Notes: a model not told the origin generated them from the sequence alone. DNA of 64,000 nucleotides from Deferrisomatales bacterium (GCA_033551855.1 JAWSUI010000010.1:24273-88272), one strand, 5' to 3'; shown: positions 28,686 through 38,991, counted from the first letter of the stretch. Made by a program: numbers and translations.

Positions 28686-29027
28686 CCCCCCTCCTGTCCG
28701 GGAGAAACCCGGTGAGCGCCGTTTACGGCGACGTGCCGCTGCTCGACCCGGACGCGTTCGCCCAGGCGCTCTCCGACCGGCTGGCCGGCGGGGCTCTTCG
28801 GGTTCTTCCTGCTCGCGTCCTTCGCGGGCATGGGGGCCACCGTCCTAGCGGTGGCCCAGGGGCCGCCCTCCCCCGCCGCGAGGACCACCGCCTACCGCGA
28901 CGGGCTCCTCACCGGGGTACCTTTGGTTCTCTTCTTCGGGCTCCTCCTGCTGCTCGGCGTCTACCTGCCCGCGCCCCTCGGAGAACTGCTGCGGCAGGCT
29001 GCGGCGATGGTGGAGGGGAGTGGTTAG
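28682..29027 (+). pseudogene. Chimeric deletion scar of an Ehr/hydrogenase-4-like membrane complex operon
   Basis: About 35 codons coupled to the PTS IIA stop (GTGA), then a frame change into LFGFFLLASFAGMGATVLAV...TAYRDGLLTGVPLVLFFGLLLLLGVYLPAPLGELLRQAA, which resembles a HyfF/NuoL-like C-terminus. Confidence 0.65.
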
Positions 29028-31335
29028 CGCCTTCGGAGGGCAGGTTCGGCGGGAGCAGGGCCTCCGGGCTACCCGTCGACACGAGCTCCCCCACGAAGAG
29101 GCTCGCGTTCTTGACGAAGAAGAAGGTGGGCAGGCCGTCGGCCAGCTCCGAAAGCCGCACGGCGTAGTCCTCTTCCTGCCCCTCCTCGGGGGTCGCGAGG
29201 CCCAGCAGGACCGCATCCGCTTCTCGGCTCTCGGCCTGGATCACCTCTCGGATGCTCGTGTCCGGGGGCTTCACGAGCACCTCGACTTGGGCGCTGATGC
29301 GCAGCGCGGGGAGCAAGTGGTCGAGGATGTGCTCGGTCTTCTCCTTCATCAGGGGATTCGAGGCGATGCTCAGCACCCGGATGTGCGCCCCCCGCCACTC
29401 CCGGTTGCGCGTGAGGAGATAGGCCAGCAGGAGCATCAGGTCGCCGTTGCGCTCGAGCCCCCCCCACCAGACGTGGACCGACCGGGGACGGGCGTTGCGG
29501 CCACGGTCCATGGAGGGGGAGACCCGGCCGATGATCAGGGACTTGCGCAGCCGCTCCAGACGACGCGTGACCCGCAGGAGCTGAGCTAGGCGCTCGGGGT
29601 CCCCGGGCCACCCCAGGAGGACGGTGTTGGGCTCCAGCGCCGCCATACCGTTGGCCTGCGCAACCCCTACGATCCCCTGCTCGACGTTGGGCACGACGTC
29701 CACCTCGCCGAAGGCGGTGATCCCCTCCCGGCGAAACAGGGCCTCGATCTGCTCCTTCCTCACGAGGGGGTCCTCCTCCAGTGCCAGGAGGTCGCCCTCC
29801 ACCAGCTCACAGACGGTCACGACGCCCCGGTCCTGGCTGAACCAGTCGCCGAAACGGACCAGGGCCAGGCGCCGCTCCACGTTCTCGACGAAGACGAGAA
29901 CGTGAGGGCGCCAGTTGCGGGCGCTCAGGGGCCGGCGGGAGAGCTTGACCAAGGCCCAGCGGATGAGGGCCTCGTACACGCCCCGGCGCACGTCGCCCCA
30001 GTCGGCCTTGCGCTCCTTGCGTTGGAGCGCGACGTACAGGGCGAGCACGACCAATACCGCCGCGGCGCTGGCCCACGGCCGGATGAGCACCATGGCCCCG
30101 AAGCATCCCAGGGCCCCCGCGAGGCACACCGGCCACGGCACCGAGAGGGTAGGCCTCCAGGAGGGGTCGCCCGAGAGGCCCTCCAGAGCCGCCACCAGGT
30201 TGAGCATCCCGTAGACGGTGAGGAAGAAGAGGGTGACCACCGAGGCGACGGTATTGAGGTCTCCCAGGAAAACCGCCCCCAGGGCGATGGCCAGGGTGAC
30301 GGCCAGCCCCAGCACGGGCTCGCCCCCCTCCTCCGCGACCGCGGCAAACCGCCGGGGAGCGAGGTGGTCCCGGGCGAGCGCCTGCAGGGTTCGGGGCGCG
30401 CCCAGGATCGAACCGACAGCCGAGGAGAAGATGGCCCCCCAGAGGCCCGGAAGGACGAACAACGCCCCGAGGGGCGCGATCCGGGTCCAGACGAGGGGGT
30501 CGGACCGAAGAGTCTCGGCATCGGCCCCCAATGTCAGGAGGACCGGGATCGTCAGGTACAGGGCGAACCCCGTGAGGGTGGCCGCCAAGGCGCCCCGGGG
30601 AATGCTCCGCTGGGGGTCCTTCAGATCGCCGGAGAGGCCGAGGCCGGCCATGATTCCCGTGACCGCCGGGAAGAACACGGCGAAGACGACCCAGAACCCC
30701 ACCTCGCCCGAGCTCCCGGCGACCCTCGGACCGGGGGGGCCGCCGCCGAAGAGCGCCCCCAACACGAGGGCCAGCAACGACAAGGCGATGAGCCCCATGA
30801 TCGGAAGCTGGCTTCGCAGGGCCGCGCCGGCGCCCCGGTAGGCCAAGGCGGCCACCCCGAGCACGATGACCATGGCCGCCGCCGGCACCGGCACCCCGGG
30901 CCAGACGAAGCGCAGCGACTCTGCGAGGCCGTAGGAATACAGCGTAACCGAGAGGGCCTGGGCGAGGAACAGCGGCAGGCCGATCGCCCCCCCGATCTCG
31001 GGCCCGAGACTCCGGGAGATGATGTAGTACGCTCCCCCCGCACCCAGGCGGGTGTTGGTGGCCACCGCCGAGAGGGACAGGGTGGTGATGAGGGTGATGC
31101 CGTTGGCCAAACACACGATGAGCAGGGCCTTGCCCAGCCCGGCGTGCCCCACCACCCACCCGAACCGCAGGTACATGATGACGCCCAGGATGGTGAGGAC
31201 CGTGGGTGTGAAGACCCCGAGGAAGGTCCCGAGCTGGGGGCCCTGGCGTCGGGACACGCCGGCGGCCCCTTCCCCCATGAGTCGGCGGGTCCAGGAGAGC
31301 ACGCGGAGCAGGAGGGGCGGGATCTGGGGAACCAT
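28909..31335 (-). CDS. Cation-chloride cotransporter (SLC12/CCC)-like amino acid permease family protein
   Basis: LGTFLGVFTPTVLTILGVIMYLRFGWVVG, GGAYYIISRSLGPEIGGAIG, FFPAVTGIMAG, SGDLKDP, NWRPH and VWW motifs. Start approximate. Confidence 0.9.
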   Translation of the reverse strand: MVPQIPPLLLRVLSWTRRLMGEGAAGVSRRQGPQLGTFLGVFTPTVLTILGVIMYLRFGWVVGHAGLGKALLIVCLANGITLITTLSLSAVATNTRLGAGGAYYIISRSLGPEIGGAIGLPLFLAQALSVTLYSYGLAESLRFVWPGVPVPAAAMVIVLGVAALAYRGAGAALRSQLPIMGLIALSLLALVLGALFGGGPPGPRVAGSSGEVGFWVVFAVFFPAVTGIMAGLGLSGDLKDPQRSIPRGALAATLTGFALYLTIPVLLTLGADAETLRSDPLVWTRIAPLGALFVLPGLWGAIFSSAVGSILGAPRTLQALARDHLAPRRFAAVAEEGGEPVLGLAVTLAIALGAVFLGDLNTVASVVTLFFLTVYGMLNLVAALEGLSGDPSWRPTLSVPWPVCLAGALGCFGAMVLIRPWASAAAVLVVLALYVALQRKERKADWGDVRRGVYEALIRWALVKLSRRPLSARNWRPHVLVFVENVERRLALVRFGDWFSQDRGVVTVCELVEGDLLALEEDPLVRKEQIEALFRREGITAFGEVDVVPNVEQGIVGVAQANGMAALEPNTVLLGWPGDPERLAQLLRVTRRLERLRKSLIIGRVSPSMDRGRNARPRSVHVWWGGLERNGDLMLLLAYLLTRNREWRGAHIRVLSIASNPLMKEKTEHILDHLLPALRISAQVEVLVKPPDTSIREVIQAESREADAVLLGLATPEEGQEEDYAVRLSELADGLPTFFFVKNASLFVGELVSTGSPEALLPPNLPSEGANHSPPPSPQPAAAVLRGARAGRRRAAGGARRREPKVPR

Positions 31336-31548
31336 GGGCGCTCCGGGGTCGGGGGCGGCCCCGAAGGGACGCGGCGACGGCGGGGGGGGGCTTCCCGCGC
31401 CCGGGTCTGCTGCGGCCGCGCGAGCATAGCATGCCGCCCCGGGGCTGCCCAACCGGGCCGGCCGCAACAGCCCGGCCGCCGCGAGGCCTATCACTACAGC
31501 GAGCGATCGGTTCTCCGCGTGCGTTCGGCGCAAAGCCTTCCCTCCGAA

Positions 31549-31634
31549 GAGCAGCCCCGTACCGCATCGACCGACCCGCCCCGAATCCGGTGCACCGGGG
31601 CCTGCCAGGACACCCCCCTCGAATTGCCGCGGCC
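31549..31634 (+). repeat. Dispersed degenerate repeat family B, copy 3
   Basis: GAGCAGCCCCGTACCGCATCGACCGACCC...CCGGTGCACCGGGGCCTGCCAGGACACCCCCCTCGAATTGCCGCGG. Confidence 0.7.
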
Positions 31635-31670
31635 TTTCCTTCCCCTCCCGGCCTCCGGTAAGATCCCCCC

Positions 31671-32096
31671 ATGCCGCGCGCCGACTTCTACGAAATCCGG
31701 GGCCCCCGCTGGGAACTGGCACTGTGCCGGCAGGTGGAGGCCGCCTACGAGGCGGGGGAGCGCGTGTGCGTGCAGGCCGGCTCGGAGGCCGAGGCCCGGC
31801 GTCTGGACGAGCTCCTGTGGACTTTTCGCGACGAGGCGTTCGTGCCCCACGACCTCTGCCGGGGGGAGCTCCGGGCGACGACGCCCGTGGCCGTTGGTTG
31901 GCGCCCGGGCAACCCGAACGACGCGACCTGTCTCGTGCTGGCCCGGGACGCCGCCCCCCAGGAGGCCGTCGGCTTCGATCGGGTCGTGGACTTCGCCCCG
32001 GTGGACATGCCGGATCTCGTCGCCCTGACCCGCCGCCGCTACCGGGCCTTCCGGGACGCCGGTTTCGCCGTCGCGTTCCACAAGGCCCCGGACTGA
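31671..32096 (+). CDS. holC: DNA polymerase III subunit chi
   Basis: MPRADFY...LDELLWTFRDEAFVPH...RRRYRAFRDAG. Confidence 0.88.
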   Translation: MPRADFYEIRGPRWELALCRQVEAAYEAGERVCVQAGSEAEARRLDELLWTFRDEAFVPHDLCRGELRATTPVAVGWRPGNPNDATCLVLARDAAPQEAVGFDRVVDFAPVDMPDLVALTRRRYRAFRDAGFAVAFHKAPD

Positions 32097-32247
32097 CGCA
32101 TGCCTCACCGGGAACCCGGACCCCGGGCCATGAGAGCGTTTTAATTTCCACCTAACCCCTCCCTCATCTTCCGGTGCCAAGGTATCGGGTCGACGCGCTG
32201 CGAGCGTGGCGGCTCGTCCCCCGCGGCAAGCACAGGAGGCGGAAGCG

Positions 32248-33183
32248 ATGATCCAGGCGGAGAGCCTGACCAAGTACTATGGGGAGGTGAAAGCCCTCGA
32301 CGGGGTCTCCTTCCGCGTAGAGCAGGGAGAGATCGTGGGTCTCCTGGGGCCCAACGGGGCCGGGAAGACCACGGCCATGAAGATCCTCACCTGCTTCCTC
32401 CCCCCCTCCTCGGGAACGGCGCGCGTAGCGGGCCGCGACATCTTCGAAGAACCCCTGGCGGTGAAGCGAAGCGTGGGATACCTCCCCGAGGAGCCCCCGG
32501 TCTACACCGAGCTCACCGTGGAGGAGTACCTGGCCTACGCCGGCCGCCTGAAGGGGCTCGCCCGGGGCGAGGTGAAGCCGGCCCGGAGCCGGGCCATGGA
32601 CAAGTGCGGACTGGGGGACGTGGCGGGGCGCCTCATCGGAAACCTCTCGAAGGGGTACCGACAGCGGGTCGGCCTGGCCCAGGCGCTGATCCACAACCCC
32701 CCGGTGCTCATCCTCGACGAGCCCACCGTCGGCCTCGACCCCGCCCAGATCATCGAGATCCGCGGCCTGATCCAAGAGCTCGCCCGGGAGCACACCGTGG
32801 TGCTCTCGACCCACATCCTCCCGGAAGTCACGGCCACCTGTCAGCGGGTGATCATCATCAACGAAGGCGCCATCGTCGCGGTGGACACGTACGAGAACCT
32901 CTCCCAACAGGTGGGCACCAGTCGGCGCATCCTGCTCAAGGTGAGCCGTCCCGGCCCCGAGCTGACCGACAAGCTCCTCGCCCTGCCGGGCGTGCTGGCA
33001 GTGGAGAGACAGGAAGACGGAGCGTTTCGCGTCGAGTCTCGCCAGGACCGGGACCTCCGGGAAGAGGTGGCCCGAACCGCGGTGGAGAGCGGGGCGGGCC
33101 TGCTGGAGCTCGCCGGTGTCGCCGTTAGTCTGGAGGAGGTGTTCCTGCGGCTCACCACAGAGGACAAGGAGGGCACCGCATGA
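32248..33183 (+). CDS. ABC transporter ATP-binding protein (GldA-like)
   Basis: GPNGAGKTT, LSKGYRQRVGLAQAL and ILDEPT motifs. Confidence 0.92.
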   Translation: MIQAESLTKYYGEVKALDGVSFRVEQGEIVGLLGPNGAGKTTAMKILTCFLPPSSGTARVAGRDIFEEPLAVKRSVGYLPEEPPVYTELTVEEYLAYAGRLKGLARGEVKPARSRAMDKCGLGDVAGRLIGNLSKGYRQRVGLAQALIHNPPVLILDEPTVGLDPAQIIEIRGLIQELAREHTVVLSTHILPEVTATCQRVIIINEGAIVAVDTYENLSQQVGTSRRILLKVSRPGPELTDKLLALPGVLAVERQEDGAFRVESRQDRDLREEVARTAVESGAGLLELAGVAVSLEEVFLRLTTEDKEGTA

Positions 33184-33953
33184 GTCGCATGGCGACCATC
33201 GCCGCAAAGGAGATGCGCACCTACCTGGTCTCGCCCGTGGCCTGGGTCGTCGCAACCGTCTTCCTGGCGGTCACGGGCCTGCTCTTCTACAACATGATGG
33301 CCTGGTACAGCCTCCAGAGCTTCCAGATGCTCCAGTTCCAGGGGGCCACCGGCCAGGTCGGCCAGCTCAACGTGAACCGGTTGGTCTTCGAGCCCACCTT
33401 CCAGAACATGGCGGTGGTCCTGCTGCTGGTCGTCCCCATCGTGACCATGCGGCTGCTGGCGGAGGAGAAGAAGGGACGCACGGCCCAGCTCCTGTTCACG
33501 TCGCCGGTGCGGCTGGGGGAGATCGTGGCCGGAAAGTACGCGGCGGCGGTGGCCCTGCTCTCCATGGTCCTGCTCCTGACCGGCTACATGCCCCTCCTCG
33601 TGTGGGCGTACGGATCTCTCGAGTGGGGGCCGATCGCGACCAGCTACCTGGGGATGGTGCTCCTGGTGGGCGCCTTCGTCTCCTTCGGCCTGTTCGCCTC
33701 GAGCCTCACCGAGAACCAGGTCGTGGCAGCCGTCCTGACCTTCGGCATCCTCTTGATCTTCTGGCTCCTTGGGTGGGCGTCCCAGACCGGGGGCGACCTC
33801 GCCCCGCTGTTCGAGCACCTCTCGATCATCACGCATCTCGACCCGTTCCTCCGGGGCGTCGTGGAGCTCAAGGACGTGGTCTACTACCTCTCCGTCTCGT
33901 CCTTCGGGCTCTTCCTGACCCATCGCGTGCTCGACTCGGCCCGCTGGAGGTGA
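33180..33953 (+). CDS. ABC-2 permease (GldF-like)
   Basis: TMRLLAEEKK..T..LL.TSP and SSLTENQVVAA motifs; six TMs. Confidence 0.9.
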   Translation: MSRMATIAAKEMRTYLVSPVAWVVATVFLAVTGLLFYNMMAWYSLQSFQMLQFQGATGQVGQLNVNRLVFEPTFQNMAVVLLLVVPIVTMRLLAEEKKGRTAQLLFTSPVRLGEIVAGKYAAAVALLSMVLLLTGYMPLLVWAYGSLEWGPIATSYLGMVLLVGAFVSFGLFASSLTENQVVAAVLTFGILLIFWLLGWASQTGGDLAPLFEHLSIITHLDPFLRGVVELKDVVYYLSVSSFGLFLTHRVLDSARWR

Positions 33954-33958
33954 GCGCC

Positions 33959-35503
33959 ATGCGCCAACTCGACCACCCCCGCGTCACGACCCGCACCACC
34001 AGCAAACTGGCCGGCATCGGAGGCGCCCTGCTGGTGCTCGCCGCCCTCTTCGTCGCCAGCTACTACCCGGACCAGAGGGGGATCCTGGCCGTGCTCGGGG
34101 TGGTCGGGGCGGCGGCCCTGCTCTTCTTCTTCATCGCCGAACGCCGGCTCGTCGCCGGGTTGCCGGGCAGCCGGACGGCCAGGTACGGTGCGAACGCGGC
34201 CGTGATGACCCTGGCCTTCGTCGGCATCCTCGTGATCCTCAACGTGCTCGCCATCCGCCACAACGCCCGCTGGGATCTCACCGCGGACCGCCGCTTCACC
34301 CTCTCGGACCAGACCTTGAAGGTGCTCCGGGCGCTGGAGCGGGAGGTGGTCGTGACGGCCTTCTTCTCCGACGCCTCCGAAGCCCGGGTCCGGATAAAGC
34401 GCCTCCTGGACGACTTCTCGGACCACAGCAGCCGGGTGCGGGTCTCCTTCGTGGACCCGGATCGGAATCCCGCCCTGGCCCAGCAGCACGGGATCCGGGA
34501 GTACGGCACCACCGTGTTCGCGAGCGGGGAGCAGACCTACCGGATTACGGAGACCACCGAGGAGGCGGCCACCAACGCCCTGGTGCGGGTGACCCGGGAA
34601 GGGCAGAAGACGATCTGTTTCCTCTCCGGGCACGGGGAGAGGGCCGTGTACGACAGCCAGCGCAGGGGGTACTCCTCCGCCGGGAGGGCCCTGGAGGAGC
34701 AGGGGTATGCCGTCCGCGAGATCCTGCTCCTACGGGAGACCGAGGTGCCCGCCGAGTGTGCGGTCCTGGTCATCGCAGGGCCCACCAAGCCCCTGCTGGA
34801 TCCCGAGCGCGAGCTCCTGGGGACCTACCTGGAGGAAGGGGGCAAGGCGCTGGTGCTGGTGGACCCCCAGACCGAGACCGGTCTGGAGCCCCTCCTGGAG
34901 CAGTGGGGAATCCGGCTGCGCGACGACGTGATCATCGACACCATGAGCCGGCTCTTCGGGGGCTCCTACACCACCCCCATCATCACCGACTACCCACCCC
35001 ACGAGGTGACCCAAGGCTTTCAACTCGCGACCTTCCTCGCCGTCGCCCGGAGCCTGGAGGAGAGTCGGCTCCCCGAGGGGGCCTCCTTCCATCCCCTCGC
35101 CCGTACGACCCCCCAGTCCTGGGGCGAGACGGATCTCCAGGGAGATCAGGCTGCCTTCGACCCGGCCGAGGACCACAAGGGCCCGCTCACGGTGGCCGCT
35201 CTGGTGGAGCGGACGGGCGACGACGGCCTGCCGGGAACCCAGCTCATCGTCGTGGGCGATTCCGACTTTGCGGACAACACCTACTTCGGCTACTCGGGCA
35301 ACGGCGACCTCTTCCAGAACCTGGTGAGCTACCTGGCCAAGGAGGAGGATCTGATCTCCATACGCCCGAGGGACGCCAGGCCGTCGCCCCTGATGCTCAG
35401 CCGCGCCCAGGGCGCCACCCTGTTCTACGGGAGCGTCGTCGTGGGCCCCCTGCTGCTGGTTCTGGCCGGTCTGGGTATCTGGTGGCGGCGCAGGAATCTG
35501 TAG
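33959..35503 (+). CDS. GldG-like ABC auxiliary protein
   Basis: WDLT....TLS..T, FVDPD.NP, FLSGHGE and VVGDSDF motifs; C-terminal TM ending WWRRR. Confidence 0.88.
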   Translation: MRQLDHPRVTTRTTSKLAGIGGALLVLAALFVASYYPDQRGILAVLGVVGAAALLFFFIAERRLVAGLPGSRTARYGANAAVMTLAFVGILVILNVLAIRHNARWDLTADRRFTLSDQTLKVLRALEREVVVTAFFSDASEARVRIKRLLDDFSDHSSRVRVSFVDPDRNPALAQQHGIREYGTTVFASGEQTYRITETTEEAATNALVRVTREGQKTICFLSGHGERAVYDSQRRGYSSAGRALEEQGYAVREILLLRETEVPAECAVLVIAGPTKPLLDPERELLGTYLEEGGKALVLVDPQTETGLEPLLEQWGIRLRDDVIIDTMSRLFGGSYTTPIITDYPPHEVTQGFQLATFLAVARSLEESRLPEGASFHPLARTTPQSWGETDLQGDQAAFDPAEDHKGPLTVAALVERTGDDGLPGTQLIVVGDSDFADNTYFGYSGNGDLFQNLVSYLAKEEDLISIRPRDARPSPLMLSRAQGATLFYGSVVVGPLLLVLAGLGIWWRRRNL

Positions 35504-35513
35504 GGGGCACGTC

Positions 35514-36866
35514 ATGAAGTTCAAGGGCACGTGGATCCTGCTGGCGGCCCTGGCCGCCTTGGTCGCCTACTTCTACGGCGTGGAGGAGCCCCGCCAGGAA
35601 GCGCGCCGGCAGGCCGAGGATCGGTCGGCGCTCCTGCTTCCCGGCTTCGAGGCAGACCGCGTGACCGAGGTCTCCCTGGAGGGAACCGGGGGCGTCCTGC
35701 GCCTCGCCAAGGCCGAGGACGGCGCCTGGTCCGTCCTGGAACCCTGGAACGACCGGGCCGACAGTGGCCGGGTCCGCAGCCTCCTCGCCGCCCTGGGGGA
35801 GCTGAAGGCGAGCCGCGAGGTCGCCGGCGCCGACGCCGATCTGGGTCCTTTCGGGCTGGAGGAACCGGAAGTGGCGGTGGCGACGCGGGGGGCCGAAGCC
35901 CGTGTCGCGGTGGGGGGGCTCAACCCAGCCGGTGACTTCCGGTACGTGCGCGCGGGGGAGGGTCCGGTCCACCTCGTCCCCGGTCACGGCCTCGCCGCTC
36001 TCCTGGGCGACCCCGCGGATTTCCGGAGCAAGGACGTCCTGGGTGACTTCCCCTGGTCGGCCCTTGCCGGCTTGGAGGTGCGTACCCCCGGCGGGGAGGC
36101 CCTGCGGCTGACCCGGGCCGGGGAAGACTGGACCATCGAGGCCCCCTTGTCGGCGGCCGCCGATCCCGAGGCCGTGGGGCGCCTCACGGAGAAGCTGCGG
36201 TGGGCCCGCGTCGCCGGCTTCCTCGACGAGGATCCGGGTGTCGTGGACCAGCGGCTCGCGGATGGCACGACCGTCACCGTCCGGGGGGCCGGGGGGGAGG
36301 AGGCGACCCTGCGGCTGGCAGAGGTGGACGGCAGCGTTTGGGCGGCCCGGGTGGGCCGGGACGCCTGGTTCACCGTGGCCGAGGACGTTCTCGACACCGT
36401 GCAGGTGCCGGCCGAGGCGTTGCGGCGCCGCAAGCCCCTCCTCCTGCGCGGCTGGAAGGCAGAGCGCCTGGAGCTCCGGCTGGCGGACCCGATTGCGGAG
36501 AAGTCGCTGACGTACGGCAAGGAGGACGGCCTCTGGGCCCGCGAGGGGGCGCAGGTGACGGGGGACGAGCTGGCTGCCCTCCAGGACTACCTGTGGGTGC
36601 TCGAGACCGCGGCGGCGGCCGAGATCCTCGACAGCACCGCTGCCGACGCGGAGCATGGCCTCGACGAACCGGTCCTCATGGCGCGGGTCGAGGAGGCAGA
36701 CGGCGTCGTGCAGGGCTTTGCTCTGGGGCTGCGAGACGACGCCCTCTTCGCCCGTTCGAGCGAAGGCGGGCCCGTGTACCGGATGCCGGAGGAGTACCTC
36801 GACAAAGCCCAGGCCCTCTTCGCCACCGCCCGCCCGGGCGGGGAGCCGGCGCCCCAGACGGAGTAG
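35514..36866 (+). CDS. DUF4340-like periplasmic protein
   Basis: N-terminal anchor and repeated ...FGLEEP / HGLDEP domains; usual fourth gene of Gld-like ABC operons. Confidence 0.75.
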   Translation: MKFKGTWILLAALAALVAYFYGVEEPRQEARRQAEDRSALLLPGFEADRVTEVSLEGTGGVLRLAKAEDGAWSVLEPWNDRADSGRVRSLLAALGELKASREVAGADADLGPFGLEEPEVAVATRGAEARVAVGGLNPAGDFRYVRAGEGPVHLVPGHGLAALLGDPADFRSKDVLGDFPWSALAGLEVRTPGGEALRLTRAGEDWTIEAPLSAAADPEAVGRLTEKLRWARVAGFLDEDPGVVDQRLADGTTVTVRGAGGEEATLRLAEVDGSVWAARVGRDAWFTVAEDVLDTVQVPAEALRRRKPLLLRGWKAERLELRLADPIAEKSLTYGKEDGLWAREGAQVTGDELAALQDYLWVLETAAAAEILDSTAADAEHGLDEPVLMARVEEADGVVQGFALGLRDDALFARSSEGGPVYRMPEEYLDKAQALFATARPGGEPAPQTE

Positions 36867-36964
36867 CCCTCAGGCCTCCTGTGCGTCTCGGGCGGGTCGA
36901 CCGCCTCCATCGGGTCCCCAGGGCGCCGCTTGCAACGGGCCCCTTTCGAAGAGAGACCATATAC

Positions 36965-37173
36965 GGTTCTTCCGGTAAACGACCGGGTGGGCCCGCCCAC
37001 TCCGGCAGACGAGGCCGGGCTGCACGGTAGGTGTTCTCCCCCGCCGCGTCCGGAATCCTCGCGACATCGCGACTCCCGAAGCGGCTGCTCACGTCGAGCG
37101 GCCGTCCGCCTACGTGGTCGGGCCCACCCGATCGTCCCTGGACACGAGTACCCGGTCATTTCCCGGATGATCC
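36965..37173 (+). mobile_element. 209-bp MITE copy 3
   Basis: Near-identical to copy 1. Flanks CCATATAC (36957-36964) and CTATATAC (37174-37181) match at 7 of 8 positions. Confidence 0.9.
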
Positions 37174-37306
37174 CTATATACTACGGCGAGAGTTGCGTCC
37201 GTGTCGGGCGTGGGGCCTTCCTGGAGGGCGGGCAGGCGGCCTCACCCCCCGGGACCCCGCGTGGAGCGCGGTCCTTCCGCCCCTTTCCTCCGTACCGGGT
37301 GAGATC

Positions 37307-38224
37307 ATGGACCACGTGACCGCCCTCGTGGCGGAATGGAGCGGCCTGACGCCCGAGACGATCCGCGGCCTCGTCCGTTCGTGCGCCATCCTCCTGCTGA
37401 TGCTCGTGGCGCGGTTCGTGGCCCTGCGCATCGTCAGGAGGCACGTCGAGGATACGCGGAACCGGTACCGCTGGCGCCGGGCCATCAACTACCTGATCGG
37501 CATCCTCGGCCTGCTCTTGCTCACGCGGATCTGGACGAGCGGGTTGCGGGACATCGGCGTGTTTCTGGGACTGGCTTCGGCGGGGCTGGCGATATCGCTG
37601 CGCGACCCGATCGTGTGCCTCGTGGGGTGGGCGTTCATCCTGATCCGCCGACCGTATCAGGTGGGAGACCGGGTACAGATCGGGCAGCATCGGGGGGACG
37701 TCATCGACATCCGCCTTTTTCAGACGTACCTGATGGAGTGCGGGGAGTGGGTCGACGGGGACCAGTCCACCGGACGCATCCTTCTGGTCCCGAACAACGC
37801 GGTGTTCTCGTCGCCCCTCGCCAACTACACCTATGGCTTCGCCTACATCTGGGATGAGCTCGTCGTGCGGCTGACCTTCGAGAGCGACTGGCAGCGGGCG
37901 AAGCAGCTCTTGGGCGAGATCGCCGACACCCAGATGGCCCCGCACTGCAAGGACGCCCAGGAGCAGATCCGCGAGGCAGCAGCCCAGCACATGATCTTCT
38001 TCCAGAAGCTCACCCCGATCGTCTACACGTCCGTTCGAGAGTGGGGCGTGCAGCTGACCGTGCGCTACCTGACGCCGGTTCGCCAGCGGCGGGGGTCGTC
38101 GGAGCGGCTGTGGGAGGCGATACTCGGGGCCTTCGCGAGGGAGCCCCGCATCCGCTTCGCCTACCCCACCACCCGTTTTGCCCGCGGCGAGGGCCCAGCG
38201 CTTCCTCCCCCGCCCGCGGGATGA
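37307..38224 (+). CDS. Small-conductance mechanosensitive channel (MscS family)
   Basis: Three TMs, RPYQVGDRVQIG..GDVIDI and VPNNAVF motifs. Confidence 0.9.
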   Translation: MDHVTALVAEWSGLTPETIRGLVRSCAILLLMLVARFVALRIVRRHVEDTRNRYRWRRAINYLIGILGLLLLTRIWTSGLRDIGVFLGLASAGLAISLRDPIVCLVGWAFILIRRPYQVGDRVQIGQHRGDVIDIRLFQTYLMECGEWVDGDQSTGRILLVPNNAVFSSPLANYTYGFAYIWDELVVRLTFESDWQRAKQLLGEIADTQMAPHCKDAQEQIREAAAQHMIFFQKLTPIVYTSVREWGVQLTVRYLTPVRQRRGSSERLWEAILGAFAREPRIRFAYPTTRFARGEGPALPPPPAG

Positions 38225-38241
38225 CCGGAACGCTCTCGCCC

Positions 38242-38958
38242 TCAGGCAGCGTCCAAGGCCGCCGGAAGCTTCCGCAGGTCTTCGATGCGGGGCACTGGGG
38301 CCGGGCAGCTCCCCTCCCTGTCCAGCAGCATCCCCCGCAGCCCGGCCCGCGCCGCGCCGAAGACGTCTTCCCGCAGGAGGTCCCCCACGTAAAGGACCTC
38401 GGCCGGTTTCCGGCCCAACCGGCGGGCACCCTCTAGAAAGATCGCTGCATCGGGCTTCTCCGCCCCGAGCTCGGCCGACGTGAGCACGAACCGAAAGCGC
38501 CGGGTCAGGCCCAGCCCTCGGAGAACCGGGTGCAGGCGGCTGTCCCAGTTGGAGAGCACCCCCAGGGGAAGTCCCCGGGCAGCGAGGGCTTCCAGGCAGG
38601 GGAGGACGTCGGGGAACGTCTGCCAGTGCCGGGACTCCTCGAACTCCCGGTAGAGCTCCTCGAAGAAGGAGTCGAACCGACCCCGAAGGCCGTCCCGGCT
38701 GCCGGCGTCCCGAAACACCTCCTCCACGAGGCCTCGCCACCAGGCCCGTTCCCGTTCCGGGGAGTGGGGCCGGGAGACGGCCTGGAGAAACCCCTCCTTC
38801 CGTTGTCGAAAGCTCTTCCGGAACCCCTCCTCCAGGGCACCGGCGTCCGCGTGCAGACCATGGCGGCGGGCCACTTCGGCGTAGACGGCGCCCACGCTCC
38901 CCCGCACCCGGATGAGGGTGTTGCCGGCGTCGAAGAGGACTCCCCGAATCGGTCCCAT
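38242..38958 (-). CDS. HAD-superfamily hydrolase (subfamily IA, REG-2-like)
   Basis: FDAGNTL, LSNWD, EKPD and YVGD...D motifs. Confidence 0.9.
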   Translation of the reverse strand: MGPIRGVLFDAGNTLIRVRGSVGAVYAEVARRHGLHADAGALEEGFRKSFRQRKEGFLQAVSRPHSPERERAWWRGLVEEVFRDAGSRDGLRGRFDSFFEELYREFEESRHWQTFPDVLPCLEALAARGLPLGVLSNWDSRLHPVLRGLGLTRRFRFVLTSAELGAEKPDAAIFLEGARRLGRKPAEVLYVGDLLREDVFGAARAGLRGMLLDREGSCPAPVPRIEDLRKLPAALDAA

Positions 38959-38974
38959 TTTCCCGCTCCAAGTT

Positions 38975-38991
38975 GCGAAATCCCATTTCGC
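38975..38991. promoter_or_regulatory. Perfect 7-3-7 palindrome in the divergent promoter region upstream of the CODH operon
   Basis: GCGAAAT-CCC-ATTTCGC. Confidence 0.35.
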
